Notes: generated from the sequence alone by a model not told the origin. 36,995 nt of DNA from Stellaceae bacterium (GCA_035515835.1 DATJAV010000142.1:1-36995), one strand, 5' to 3'; positions 19,867-28,218 are shown, numbered from the stretch's first letter. Numbers and translations: made by a program.

Positions 19867-20092
19867 GTGATTGGCAAACATGAGAACAGCCCCCGCCGCA
19901 GTTACTCTCGTTGGCGGCGAGGATAGGGCGTGGACCCTTAACAATAAGACAAAGATTGCGGCGCTTTGCCCAGGCAAAAAACAATCATTCAGCGAGTCTA
20001 CTTTCTATTTTCTCTATTCTAGAGATAAATCTGAACACACCATGCCGATTCTTGAGCATCCCTCTGGTTTCCGAAAGCGCAACGGGCGAGGG

Positions 20093-20641
20093 TCAGATTC
20101 GCGTCGAGAGCCAAATGGCGAGGCGGGAGCCCGCTTTTATGGCGGTGCTGAGGGCGGGATAGGCCGGGGCGGCTTCGGCGCCCTGCGCCAGCGCGATCGC
20201 GCGATGCTCGCGCTCGTCGCGGCGGGATGAGTCAATGGCCGCTTTGAGCTCGGGCTCGGATTCGCCCAGCGTCTCGCTTTGGCGGCCGTAATGCTCGTCG
20301 ATCACTTCCTCGACCGCGACCGTGCAGGCCATTGCCGCGCGCTCGCCCAGGAGCGCGGTAGCCGCGCCCAGCGCATAGCCGGCGACATGCCAGAGCGGCG
20401 AGAGCAGCGTCGGGCGCACGCGATGCGCGCCCATCAGTGCATCGAAGACGGCAAGATGGCGCTCTTCCTGCTCGGCCATGCGGCGGATCACCGGCGCCGC
20501 GGCCGAGCGGCCGAGCACGGCGAGCTGCCCCGCATAGATGCGCTTGGCGCCGTATTCGCCGGCCTGGTCGACGCGGATCATGCGCTCGACGAGCGTCGCC
20601 GCCGAGGGATCGCCGGGGAGACGGCGCGGGCCTGCGGTCAT
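20093..20641 (-). CDS. coq7: Demethoxyubiquinone hydroxylase (Coq7-family di-iron carboxylate protein)
   Basis: The product from the ATG at 20641 is 182 aa. Motifs seen are MIRVDQAGEYGAKRIY and the two EExH iron motifs (AEQEERHL, RRDEREHR). The ATG overlaps the dsbB stop (ATGA). Confidence 0.85.
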   Translation of the reverse strand: MTAGPRRLPGDPSAATLVERMIRVDQAGEYGAKRIYAGQLAVLGRSAAAPVIRRMAEQEERHLAVFDALMGAHRVRPTLLSPLWHVAGYALGAATALLGERAAMACTVAVEEVIDEHYGRQSETLGESEPELKAAIDSSRRDEREHRAIALAQGAEAAPAYPALSTAIKAGSRLAIWLSTRI

Positions 20642-21132
20642 CGCCGCGCCGTGGCGCGGGGCCGCCGTGCCGCGAGGAAAGATCCGAACGCCAGCACGAG
20701 CGAGGCGAGCAGATTGAATCCGGCGAGCGAGACGCCGAAAAGCCTCCATTGCGGTTGATCGCAGGCGACGACTTGCTGCTCCATCAGGCGGCGCTTGTAT
20801 TCCTCGAAATTGGCGGGCGGGCCCGTGCCGCCGGCGGTGCAAGCGGCGGGACCGGCAAACCAATGCTGCTCGACGCCGACATGATAGAAGGCAAGCGCGA
20901 CGCTGGCCAGGAAAGCGAGCGCCGATAAGGCGAGCACGATTCGGCTTGCCATGGGACTCCCGATCAGGACTGCCGCCAGCGCGAGCGCGGCAACGCTGTA
21001 ATAAGGCCAGCGCTCGTAGAGGCAGAGCTCGCAGGGCGCAAGCCCGCCCACATACTGAAAGAGGAGCGCCGCGCCGACGACGGCGGCGCTGACGAGAAAG
21101 AGCATCAAGGGAGCGCGACGCGCCGAAGCCAT
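20638..21132 (-). CDS. dsbB: Disulfide bond formation protein B (DsbB family)
   Basis: The 164-aa product starts at the ATG at 21132. The first cysteine pair lies in LAPCELCLYERWPYY and a second pair in AACTAGG...VVACDQPQW. Four hydrophobic segments are present. The 459-aa track ORF is a stop-free read-through into the dedA region. Confidence 0.85.
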   Translation of the reverse strand: MASARRAPLMLFLVSAAVVGAALLFQYVGGLAPCELCLYERWPYYSVAALALAAVLIGSPMASRIVLALSALAFLASVALAFYHVGVEQHWFAGPAACTAGGTGPPANFEEYKRRLMEQQVVACDQPQWRLFGVSLAGFNLLASLVLAFGSFLAARRPRATARR

Positions 21133-21140
21133 CGGCGTCG

Positions 21141-21776
21141 TCAAGGCTTCGACGTCAAGCGATGGCGCCAATGCCGCCGCACATACCAGGCGAGCCCCAG
21201 AGCCAGGACCACGATGATCACGGCATCGAAGCGGTGCAGGATGTTGCGGAGCTCGGGATCGCTCTCCCACTGCTCGCCGAGCCGCATCCCGACATAGGCG
21301 AGGGCAAAGCACCAGGGCCAGGAACCGAGGAATGTATAGATCTGGAACTTGAGCGGCGCCATGCGGGCGATCCCCGCCGGCAAGGCGATGAAGGTGCGGA
21401 TCACCGGCAAGAGCCGGCAGAAGAAGACGGTGATGCTGCCGAAGCGAGCGAAGAAGTCGTCGACCAGCATGAGGTCGCGGCGGCTCATCAGGATATAGGC
21501 GCCCCATTTCTCGACCAAGGGCCGCCCGCCGTAATAGCCGACGGCGTAGGCGACGGTCGAGCCGAGATTGCAGCCGAGCGCGCCCGCGGTCGCCACACCG
21601 ACGAGATCGAAGCGGCCGGTAAAGACGAGATAGCCCGAGAAGGGCATGATGATCTCGGACGGGAGCGGAATGCAGGCCGATTCCACCGCCATCAGCAGCA
21701 CGATGCCGGCATAGCCCAGCGTCGAGATGGTGGCGATGATGACGGCGGCGAGCGGCGCGATGATCCGGTCCAGCAC
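21141..21776 (-). CDS. DedA-family (SNARE-associated/VTT domain) inner-membrane protein
   Basis: Motifs seen are GYAGIVLLMAVESACIPLPSEIIMPFSGYL, GGRPLVEKWG, FFCRLLPVIRTFIALPAG and MAPLKFQIYTFLGS. The likely start is the GTG at 21776 (VLDRIIAPL...), with a GGAG upstream. The track ATG at 21824 adds an Arg/Gly-rich leader. Confidence 0.8.
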   Translation of the reverse strand: MLDRIIAPLAAVIIATISTLGYAGIVLLMAVESACIPLPSEIIMPFSGYLVFTGRFDLVGVATAGALGCNLGSTVAYAVGYYGGRPLVEKWGAYILMSRRDLMLVDDFFARFGSITVFFCRLLPVIRTFIALPAGIARMAPLKFQIYTFLGSWPWCFALAYVGMRLGEQWESDPELRNILHRFDAVIIVVLALGLAWYVRRHWRHRLTSKP

Positions 21777-22017
21777 TTCGCCACCACTCCCTCTGCGGCC
21801 CGGCGGCGAGCGCCGCCGGCACAAGGCGCCGCCGGTCTAGCGGCGGAGGCGCCCCGGGCGCAACCCCTTCATGGCGGCGCCGGCGTGCCGGGGCGGCGGC
21901 TGGAGAGGCCGGCGACATAGCTGTCGACAAGAAAGCGCAACGCCTGACGGCGGACGAAACAGGCGATCCGCGATGAAGAAGGCGCCAAAGGTCGTCCGCG
22001 ACGAGCAAATATTTCAC

Positions 22018-22216
22018 AGTCGCATGGTTTTATTTTAGTTAATGGTAGCTATGTTCCCAATGCAAAGATTTTTATTAAAATTATACGAAAAATCGCGACG
22101 AATGTTCTGGGGCAACTAGGGCAAATGGTTTCTAATCGGTTAAACAAAGGGCGACGGGTCGCTGATCGCATTCCGCCCCAACCCAGAACGCGTCATTGGA
22201 AGCCGAGGAAAAAAAC
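22018..22216. promoter_or_regulatory. Conspicuously AT-rich divergent intergenic region (likely promoters for the dedA-dsbB-coq7 operon and the SLT gene)
   Basis: The stretch ggttttattttagttaatggtagctatgttcccaatgcaaagatttttattaaaattatacgaaaaatcg stands out against the GC-rich flanks. It lies between two divergently oriented starts. Confidence 0.4.
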
Positions 22217-23134
22217 ATGCCCGAACCTTTCGTCCGGCAGCGTCACCGCCGCCTTTTCAAAGAACGATATCGCGCGATGGTTTTCGTTGGCTGTCTTGGT
22301 CTGGCCCTGAACGGTGTCGCGGGCTGCACGCAGCGCGTCGACAGCGCCGAAGTGCCGGTGGCGCCGCGCACGCCACTCTTGCCGATCCCGACGGCGGATT
22401 TTCTCCCCGCGACCGCTGAGCAGCACGCCTTGCCACCTCCGGCGACAGAGGAGCCGCAACCCATCGTCGGCGTGAACGAAGAGGTGCAGCGCGCAATCCG
22501 AAGTGCCACGCGCGAGGTCGGCATCGGGACCACCTATCTCATGGTGGTCGCGGCAAGAGAGTCGAGCTTCGACCCTCGAAGACATGCCCATCGAACCAGT
22601 GCGACGGGTCTCTACCAGTTCACGGTAGACACGTGGCTGCGGTCGGTCCGAGCTTTCGGCGCAAGACACGGACTTGAGGCCTATGCGAGGCAGATCACCG
22701 TCGACCGGTCTGGCGCAGTATCAATGCGCGACACCGCCGCCCGAGCGAGGCTGCTCCGACTCCGAGCCAACCCCCGACTGTCGGCGCTCATGGCGGCGGA
22801 GCTCGCCCGCGACAACGCAGCGCGGCTCCAGCGCATCCTCGGCCGTCCGGTGACGCCGGCGGAGCTCTATATCGCGCACCTCCTGGGCGTAACCCAGGCG
22901 GCGCGCGTCATCGAAGCCGCGTGCTCCGCTCCACACACCGCAGGCGCACGATTGCTGCCCGCCGCGGCACGGACAAATCCAGAGCTCTTCAAACCGCGCG
23001 GCCGGGTCGCCTCCGCCGATGCGATCGTCGCCGAGATCACGGCGCATTACCGGCGCCAGGAGCAACGCTTCGTCCCCTATATCGGCACGAACGTTGCCGC
23101 CTATTCGCCCGACAAGACCGACATGCCGGATTGA
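22217..23134 (+). CDS. Lytic transglycosylase (SLT-domain) protein, probable lipoprotein
   Basis: The ATG at 22217 has a GAGGA upstream. The lipobox-like sequence is LALNGVAGC. SLT catalytic-region motifs are VAARESSFDP and TSATGLYQF, then YIAHLLG. Confidence 0.75.
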   Translation: MPEPFVRQRHRRLFKERYRAMVFVGCLGLALNGVAGCTQRVDSAEVPVAPRTPLLPIPTADFLPATAEQHALPPPATEEPQPIVGVNEEVQRAIRSATREVGIGTTYLMVVAARESSFDPRRHAHRTSATGLYQFTVDTWLRSVRAFGARHGLEAYARQITVDRSGAVSMRDTAARARLLRLRANPRLSALMAAELARDNAARLQRILGRPVTPAELYIAHLLGVTQAARVIEAACSAPHTAGARLLPAAARTNPELFKPRGRVASADAIVAEITAHYRRQEQRFVPYIGTNVAAYSPDKTDMPD

Positions 23135-23186
23135 ACCGGGTGCCGCGGCCTGGCGCCGGTGGCCCGAACGATCGGTTGCGCGGAGC

Positions 23187-23672
23187 TCAGTTCTCCCTGC
23201 ACTTTCCGTGGAAGACCAATGTCAGCTCGGTGGGGTTGGGTATATGCAGCGGACCGGAGCGATGGATCTCGGTCAAGGGCTGACTATCCGATTTGCCCAT
23301 CGAGAAGGCGCGGAGTTCGACCCTTTGCAGGATTTCGCCATCGGTCACCACCGCGAATAAGCGGGCGGGCTTGTTGTCCTCCAAGCCGACCAGCGAGCAT
23401 TGCGGATCCACCCCCTCGGTGATGGTGGTGAGTATTCTCCGGTTCTTGTTATCGGTCTCGATACGGATTTTCATTTTCTGGATGATCACCGGATCGAACT
23501 TCGCGCCAAACTCTCTGGTCTCGTTGTTCTTGATCGTGCGCGAGACACCGTCAGCGATCTCGTTCTGTCCCGGCTGAAGCTGACCCGGGAATTTCGCGAC
23601 TGCCGAAGTTGTCGCCACGGAAGCCGCCAGCGCGAATACCGCACACAAAGTCGATGCGTGAATAGTTCTCAT
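23187..23672 (-). CDS. Hypothetical secreted protein (no family recognised)
   Basis: The 161-aa ORF has the signal peptide MRTIHASTLCAVFALAASVATTSAVA. Its composition is hydrophilic and Lys/Asn/Ile-rich, and it has two Cys. It sits in a visibly lower-GC patch. Coding is supported only by ORF length, the signal peptide and protein-like composition. Confidence 0.55.
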   Translation of the reverse strand: MRTIHASTLCAVFALAASVATTSAVAKFPGQLQPGQNEIADGVSRTIKNNETREFGAKFDPVIIQKMKIRIETDNKNRRILTTITEGVDPQCSLVGLEDNKPARLFAVVTDGEILQRVELRAFSMGKSDSQPLTEIHRSGPLHIPNPTELTLVFHGKCREN

Positions 23673-23956
23673 GATGATCCCCTATGTTCGAACGCTTGGC
23701 GAAGCGACGCCACAGCACGCGCATATTCCCGGCTATTCCGATTGAGGATTGTTGAATGGCGAAGTTTCAAATCGATCGCCAGATCGATAACGCACTTTTG
23801 CCACAGAACGTGCAAACGACATCGCTCGACGTCAACAAGTTCAGCGCGTCGGCTCAGTTATCGTCAAAGTATCTTATAAAGAGGGCAAATTTGAAATTGA
23901 GAAAATCTATGGCGAGATCTCCGAATTCTGCGCGGGAGGCAGCTCTCCTTGCCACG

Positions 23957-24035
23957 CCCACATCGGCATTGTCGGTTGCTCGGCCGACGGCGCAACGCTC
24001 TGTTTTCGCACCATCTGCGCCGAAGGTGCGCGACA
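23957..24035 (+). pseudogene. Remnant of the N-terminus of an Asp/Glu-racemase-family gene (paralogue of the pseudogene at 26587-27359)
   Basis: My translation gives HIGIVGCSADGATLCFRTICAEGAR, against HIGVVGCSAEGAALCYRTICVEGAR at 26.6 kb. By eye the DNA is roughly four-fifths identical over this stretch. No start codon is present, and similarity ends before the converging maoC-like gene. Confidence 0.5.
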
Positions 24036-24049
24036 TATGAGCGCGCGCG

Positions 24050-24508
24050 TCAAGGCGCGGCGGGACGGCGGCCGAAGAATCCCACGCCGCGGATGGTCAT
24101 GACCACCTCGCCCTTCTGATTGCGCAACTCGCCCAGCGACTTGATGGTGCCGCGATCGGCCCGGCTCTTGGACGGGATGAGCTCGGCGATGGTGATGCGG
24201 CCCGATAGCGTATCGCCCGGCCGCACCGGCTTCAGCCACTCGATCTTGTCGACGCCGGGCGAGCCCATGCTGCTCGCCGCCATGCCAACGAACCCATCGA
24301 CGAGAAGCCGCATGAAGAGCGCGGCCGTGTGCCAGCCGCTGGCAACGAGGCCGCCGAAGACGCTCTCTTCGGCGCGCGCGGGGTCAGTGTGGAAGGGTTG
24401 CGGATCGAACTGGCGCGCGAAGTCGATGATCTCCGTCGCGGTGACCGTGCGGCTCCCCAGCTCGAAGGCTTCGCCGACGCGGAAATCCTCGAAATAGCGC
24501 AAGGGCAT
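24050..24508 (-). CDS. MaoC-like (R)-specific enoyl-CoA hydratase / hot-dog fold dehydratase
   Basis: The 152-aa ORF carries [32 protein letters not shown] and the PGDTL...G...I pattern typical of MaoC dehydratases. Confidence 0.85.
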   Translation of the reverse strand: MPLRYFEDFRVGEAFELGSRTVTATEIIDFARQFDPQPFHTDPARAEESVFGGLVASGWHTAALFMRLLVDGFVGMAASSMGSPGVDKIEWLKPVRPGDTLSGRITIAELIPSKSRADRGTIKSLGELRNQKGEVVMTIRGVGFFGRRPAAP

Positions 24509-24752
24509 GAGCGGCTCGGGCGTGGTTTCTCAGGGGAGCAGCGGCGAAGGGACAATTAATTGGGCGATCAATTGGCTACTGTCAATCTTCGGGTAGAGGG
24601 AACCATCCTTTGGTGGCGGTCGCGGGTGGGCGGCGCTTGGCCCTATGGGCAATAGCAGCATTCCCTCAATCTTGATAGCAAAGGGATGTGGTGGTGGTCG
24701 CCGATAGTCTTTGCGGCCGCGGCCAAAGTCGCAACGGCGGGCGGCCGCAGTG

Positions 24753-25118
24753 ATGGCGAGCGCATTCACGATCCTCCTCGTCGAAGATGACAGTACCGTC
24801 CGGGACTACGTCGTGCAGTTGCTGCGCGAGAAAGCCATCGCCGCGTTGGTCGCCGCCGACGGCATGGCAGCGCTGCAGCTCCTCGCCGCGCACCACGTCG
24901 ATGTGCTGTTCACCGACATCGTCATGCCCGGCATGAGCGGCCTCGATCTCGCGAAAGAGGCAAAGCGCCTCCGCCCGGCGATCAGGATCCTGTTCAGCAC
25001 GGGCTGGCCCGGCAAGAGCGTCGACCACGGCGCCTTGCGACTCGGCCCCGTCTTGCTGAAGCCCTGGCGCGAGGGCGAATTGTTGCACGAGCTGCGGCGC
25101 CTGGGCTGGTCGGGATAG
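24753..25118 (+). CDS. Orphan single-domain response regulator (receiver only)
   Basis: Motifs seen are MASAFTILLVEDDSTV, the phospho-acceptor context VLFTDIVMPGMSG, ILFSTG and LLKP. The start could be the ATG at 24753 or the GTG at 24750. The track start at 24711 is a TTG. Confidence 0.8.
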   Translation: MASAFTILLVEDDSTVRDYVVQLLREKAIAALVAADGMAALQLLAAHHVDVLFTDIVMPGMSGLDLAKEAKRLRPAIRILFSTGWPGKSVDHGALRLGPVLLKPWREGELLHELRRLGWSG

Positions 25119-25170
25119 CGCGCTCGGGTTGACCCGTCGCGGCACCGCCTTTATCGTGCGCCCTCCGGCG

Positions 25171-25256
25171 GCCCCTGTGGCGGAATGGTAGACGCGGCAG
25201 ACTCAAAATCTGTTGCTCGCAAGGGCGTGGGGGTTCAAGTCCCTCCAGGGGCACCA
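25171..25256 (+). tRNA. tRNA-Leu (anticodon CAA), CCA encoded
   Basis: I folded the cloverleaf by hand. The acceptor stem pairs GCCCCTG with CAGGGGC. The D stem pairs GCG with CGC. The anticodon stem pairs GCAGA with TCTGT, and the loop CTCAAAA gives anticodon CAA. The long variable arm is TGCTCGCAAGGGCG. The T arm pairs GGGGG with CCCTC around the loop TTCAAGT. The discriminator is A, followed by CCA. Confidence 0.9.
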
Positions 25257-25476
25257 ATCTGAAAATAAAGCGGTTTTTCGAGCATCGACGCCGACGCGTT
25301 GCCGGGGGAATTCCAGACGGGGTCGAAGGCGGTCTCGGCAGCGAGAGACAAACACCCCATTCGGCGCTAAGCTGGTTTTATTGTCGGCAACGGCTTTACC
25401 CAGGCGCCGACGGCTGAGAGACAGTGCCGCCCTTGCCAAGAGGTAGCGCGCGCTCCCGCCTGACGGGACAAAGCCC

Positions 25477-25668
25477 ATGCGCTGTTACTTCATGGCTGAG
25501 GGACATATCCGAGCAGTCGAGCTGCTGACCGTTTCTTCCGATGAGGAAGCAATCACCCAATCTATTGCACTATTCCGCGAGCGGGCGGGAAGTGGCTTCG
25601 ATCGATTCGAAGTTTGGGACCGGACCCGCTGCGTCTACCAACATCCATCCCCACGCGATCCGATCTAA
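25477..25668 (+). CDS. Small (63-aa) hypothetical protein; the same sequence pattern recurs as the C-terminal domain of the XRE protein at 27877-28047
   Basis: The product is MRCYFMAEGHIRAVELLTVSSDEEAITQSIALFRERAGSGFDRFEVWDRTRCVYQHPSPRDPI. It shares the pattern R-x-YF-[LM]...G-x-I...D-[DE]-E-x-A...L...FE-[VL] with the XRE C-terminus. From memory it resembles a family of roughly 60-80-aa proteins common in Bradyrhizobiaceae-type genomes; I have not verified this. The RBS is weak. Confidence 0.5.
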   Translation: MRCYFMAEGHIRAVELLTVSSDEEAITQSIALFRERAGSGFDRFEVWDRTRCVYQHPSPRDPI

Positions 25669-25963
25669 GACCGCCCCCCCCGCGGGTTTTGGGTTTCATC
25701 CGCGGAGATTCCTTGCCCGTGGGGCACGCGCAACGCCACTGCCTTCAGCGAGTGCCATGACCTGTCTGACCACGCGTAGAGCTATCGCGAGCCCATGTCG
25801 CCGTATCGCACTGCCGGCATTGCCGCGCACCTCTACGACAACGGCACCGATCGCCGCGAGTACGTTTCGGCGCCAGCGGCTTCGCTTGTGCTCAGCTTGC
25901 CTGGCCCGATGACTTTCCCTCGTCGAAACGGCAAAGGTATCACGTTCAAGCGTCATTTCGGAT

Positions 25964-26173
25964 CTATCTCGATTGCGCGCGGCGCAACCGAAGTGCCAAC
26001 ATCAAGAGCACGGAAGCCGCGAGCCAATACGCCGTCCAAAACGCGTTGTAGGTGCCCCACGTAGGCCACCAAATCCCGCACAGTAGGACTTGCTGCCACA
26101 GGGGCGCGTTCTGTAACCAGCCTTGCCCGGCGACAAGCTGGCCCAAATGGCCTATCCCGTCCCAAGCCGTCAT
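25964..26173 (-). CDS. Possible small Trp-rich membrane protein (69 aa)
   Basis: The product is MTAWDGIGHLGQLVAGQGWLQNAPLWQQVLLCGIWWPTWGTYNAFWTAYWLAASVLLMLALRLRRAQSR. It has one or two hydrophobic segments and a positively charged tail. I recognised no family and no clear RBS. Confidence 0.3.
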   Translation of the reverse strand: MTAWDGIGHLGQLVAGQGWLQNAPLWQQVLLCGIWWPTWGTYNAFWTAYWLAASVLLMLALRLRRAQSR

Positions 26174-26586
26174 CGCGGCGACTATCAAGAGAATGCGCGT
26201 GCTGGTCAAAGAAGGTGACTCCGGCGACCGGGTAGGTCCTCGCCTTGATCGCACACGCATGGTTTATGCTGAGTTAAAACCGAGATTGGTATTTTTCGCC
26301 CAGTGAGACCGCGGCGAGTTGACGCAACGCCCGAGGCGGCGGCTGCAAAAGGCGTTTTCGACATTACGCGGCAGCTATCTCATGGCCGTCATAGCGTTCG
26401 ATCGCGCAGAGATTCCCTCTAACGACCCCTTCCGCAAGATCTCCGCTCGGGCGGGCCCGGTCGATCGCCGCTCCCGTGCCTTGCTCGAGTTCCCGGAACC
26501 AGGCGGCGAGGCGTTGGAGCGCGATCGACAGATCGCCGGCGCCCGCGCTGCTTGCTCGCCACGAATATGTGGCGCATAGACTGAGC

Positions 26587-27359
26587 ATGGCAGATCGTCG
26601 CTCTTTGCCCGCCTCCCTCCACATCGGCGTCGTCGGCTGCTCCGCCGAGGGCGCTGCACTTTGCTACCGCACCATCTGCGTCGAAGGCGCGCGATGGCTC
26701 GGCGCGCATGCCCATCCCGAGGTGTCGATGCATACGCCCTCCTTCGCCGCTTACGTCGCCTGCCTCGAGAGCGGCGACTGGCAGGGCGTGGGCGAACTAA
26801 TGCTCGCCTCGGCGAAGAAGCTCGCCGCGAGCGGCGCCGATTTCCTGATTTGCCCCGACAACACTATCCACCAGGCGCTTCCCGCGATCGAGGGGCGGTC
26901 GCCGCGCCCCTGGCTTCACATCGCGGAGGTCGTCGCCGCCGAGGCCGCGCTGCGCAGGTACGGGCGCCTTGGACTCATCGGCACGCGTTGGCCGGTGGAG
27001 AGCGAGGTTTATCCGGTGAAGCTCGGGGCGCTGGGCTTCGACTGCGTCCGACCGAACGACGACGAGCGCGAGGAAAATCAACCGCATCATCATGGATGAG
27101 CTGGTCCGCGGCGTCTTCACGCCGGAGGCCATCACCTGCCATGGGCGCGTCATCGAGCGCATGAAGGAAGCCGGCTGCGACGCCGTCGTGTTGGGCTGCA
27201 CTGAGATCCCGCTGATCATCAGCGACGCCAATTTCGCCACTGCCCACGCTCGATTCCACGCGCCCTGCTGCACGGGCGGCGCTCCGCCGCGCGGCGCCGA
27301 TGGAGCCGTCGAGCGGGGGCTTGCAAGTCTCGCAGATCAGGCGGCAAGCACCTCGTTGA
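26587..27359 (+). pseudogene. Asp/Glu/hydantoin-racemase-family gene disrupted by two +1 frameshifts
   Basis: Frame 1 (26587 to about 27072) reads MADRRSLPASLHIGVVGCSAEGAALCYRTIC...ADFLICPDNTIH...LGLIGTRW...NDDERE. Homology continues in frame 2 from 27074 (KINRIIMDELVRGVFTPEA...AGCDAVVLGCTEIPLIISDANF). It continues again in frame 3 from about 27237 (PLPTLDSTRPAARAALRRA...) to the TGA at 27357-27359. Both conserved Cys regions are present, but no single ORF spans them. Confidence 0.75.
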
Positions 27360-27474
27360 CGTCATAGAGTTGACAAACCCGAACCAGCGGCGCATCGTCG
27401 CTTCTCTTAAAGCGCGCGTCCTCGCTTGGCTGATCACGCATTGCGGGCGCCGACTTGCGCTGGAGGAATACAAA

Positions 27475-28197
27475 GTGGCGAGACCGTCCGCCCTGCAATG
27501 GCACGCCGCGGTCGACGGTCACGTCGGATCGCGCCTGCGCGAGCGCCGTGCGCAACTTCGCATGAGCCAGCGCACACTCGCCGCAGCCGTCGGCTGCACC
27601 TATCAGCAGGTTCGCAAATACGAGCTCGGCATCAACTGCATCAGCGGCGGTCGGCTCTACATGATCGCCGCGGCATTGGCGGTGCCGATTTCGTTCTTTT
27701 TCGAAGGATTGCCGGCAGCGGCGACTATGACGTTCTCGTTCGCAGGCGACCATGCGGCCGCCGAGGCCGCAATCGGCAAGAAAGCGCGGGCTCGGCCGCT
27801 TATCAATGAAGCGCTGCCCGATCCGGTGCGGGGGTTTTACCGGAAAATGGTGGGGCCCGTCGTTGACGACACGAAAGGCTATCGCCTCTACTTTCTCGAC
27901 GCCGCCGGCCGCATCAGCGGGATCCATTCGTTCCAGGCCCAGGACGACGAGACCGCGCAGCGGATCGCCGATCGGCTCTATGGCGCTTGCTCCGACCTCT
28001 GCGCCTCCTTCGAGTTGCGACAGGAATCTGGCGACCTTATCGTCGCGAATGCCAGCCTTTGCTCTGCCACGGCCGCGGAGCAGGCGGCGACGCGGAGCCA
28101 AGAGATGCTGATCCGCCGCGAGGAGCCGCCCCGCGAGAGCGCTATCCGCGTCGCCAAGGGCGCCGCCTTCTCGATGCGCTCGAGCGCACGAAAATAG
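27475..28197 (+). CDS. XRE-family (Cro/C1 HTH) transcriptional regulator with a C-terminal extension containing a copy of the small domain seen at 25477-25668
   Basis: The HTH is HVGSRLRERRAQLRMSQRTLAAAVGCTYQQVRKYELGINCISGGRLYMIAAALAVPISFFFEG. The C-terminal domain is GYRLYFLDAAGRISGIHSFQAQDDETAQRIADRLYGACSDLCASFELRQESGDLIV. The GTG at 27475 is preceded by GGAGGA at 7 nt. The track start at 27370 is a TTG. Confidence 0.8.
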   Translation: MARPSALQWHAAVDGHVGSRLRERRAQLRMSQRTLAAAVGCTYQQVRKYELGINCISGGRLYMIAAALAVPISFFFEGLPAAATMTFSFAGDHAAAEAAIGKKARARPLINEALPDPVRGFYRKMVGPVVDDTKGYRLYFLDAAGRISGIHSFQAQDDETAQRIADRLYGACSDLCASFELRQESGDLIVANASLCSATAAEQAATRSQEMLIRREEPPRESAIRVAKGAAFSMRSSARK

Positions 28198-28218
28198 GCG
28201 GAGCGCGACCGCGCGTGA

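Noticed and set aside
20638-22017. 459-aa ORF that would fuse DsbB to a long N-terminal region
   Set aside because: Only the last 164 residues look like DsbB. The upstream part runs out of frame through the DedA gene and is Arg/Pro/Ala-rich. An internal ATG at 21132, 8 nt after the dedA stop, gives a normal-sized DsbB.
22108-22123. Sigma-54-like -24/-12 element (tggggcaactagggca)
   Set aside because: The GG and GC dinucleotides have the right spacing, but the flanking consensus positions (TGGCAC, TTGCW) mostly mismatch. This could easily be chance.
23756-24040. 94-aa plus-strand ORF (MAKFQIDRQ...)
   Set aside because: I recognised no family and no RBS. Its 3' part is simply the wrong frame across the racemase-like fragment, and the racemase similarity lies in a different frame.
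24560-24680. Possible repeated motifs in the maoC/receiver intergenic region (caattaattgg / caattgg; tcaatctt twice, 83 bp apart)
   Set aside because: The matches are short, imperfect and AT-rich, and could arise by chance. No clear dyad or spacing logic is visible.
26364-26624. 86-aa minus-strand ORF diverging from the racemase start, considered as a possible regulator
   Set aside because: It has no HTH or other motif and no RBS, and it overlaps the racemase 5' end. The evidence is insufficient.
27337-28101. 254-aa minus-strand ORF
   Set aside because: It is antisense to the XRE-family gene, whose HTH motif is unambiguous. I recognised no motifs in it.
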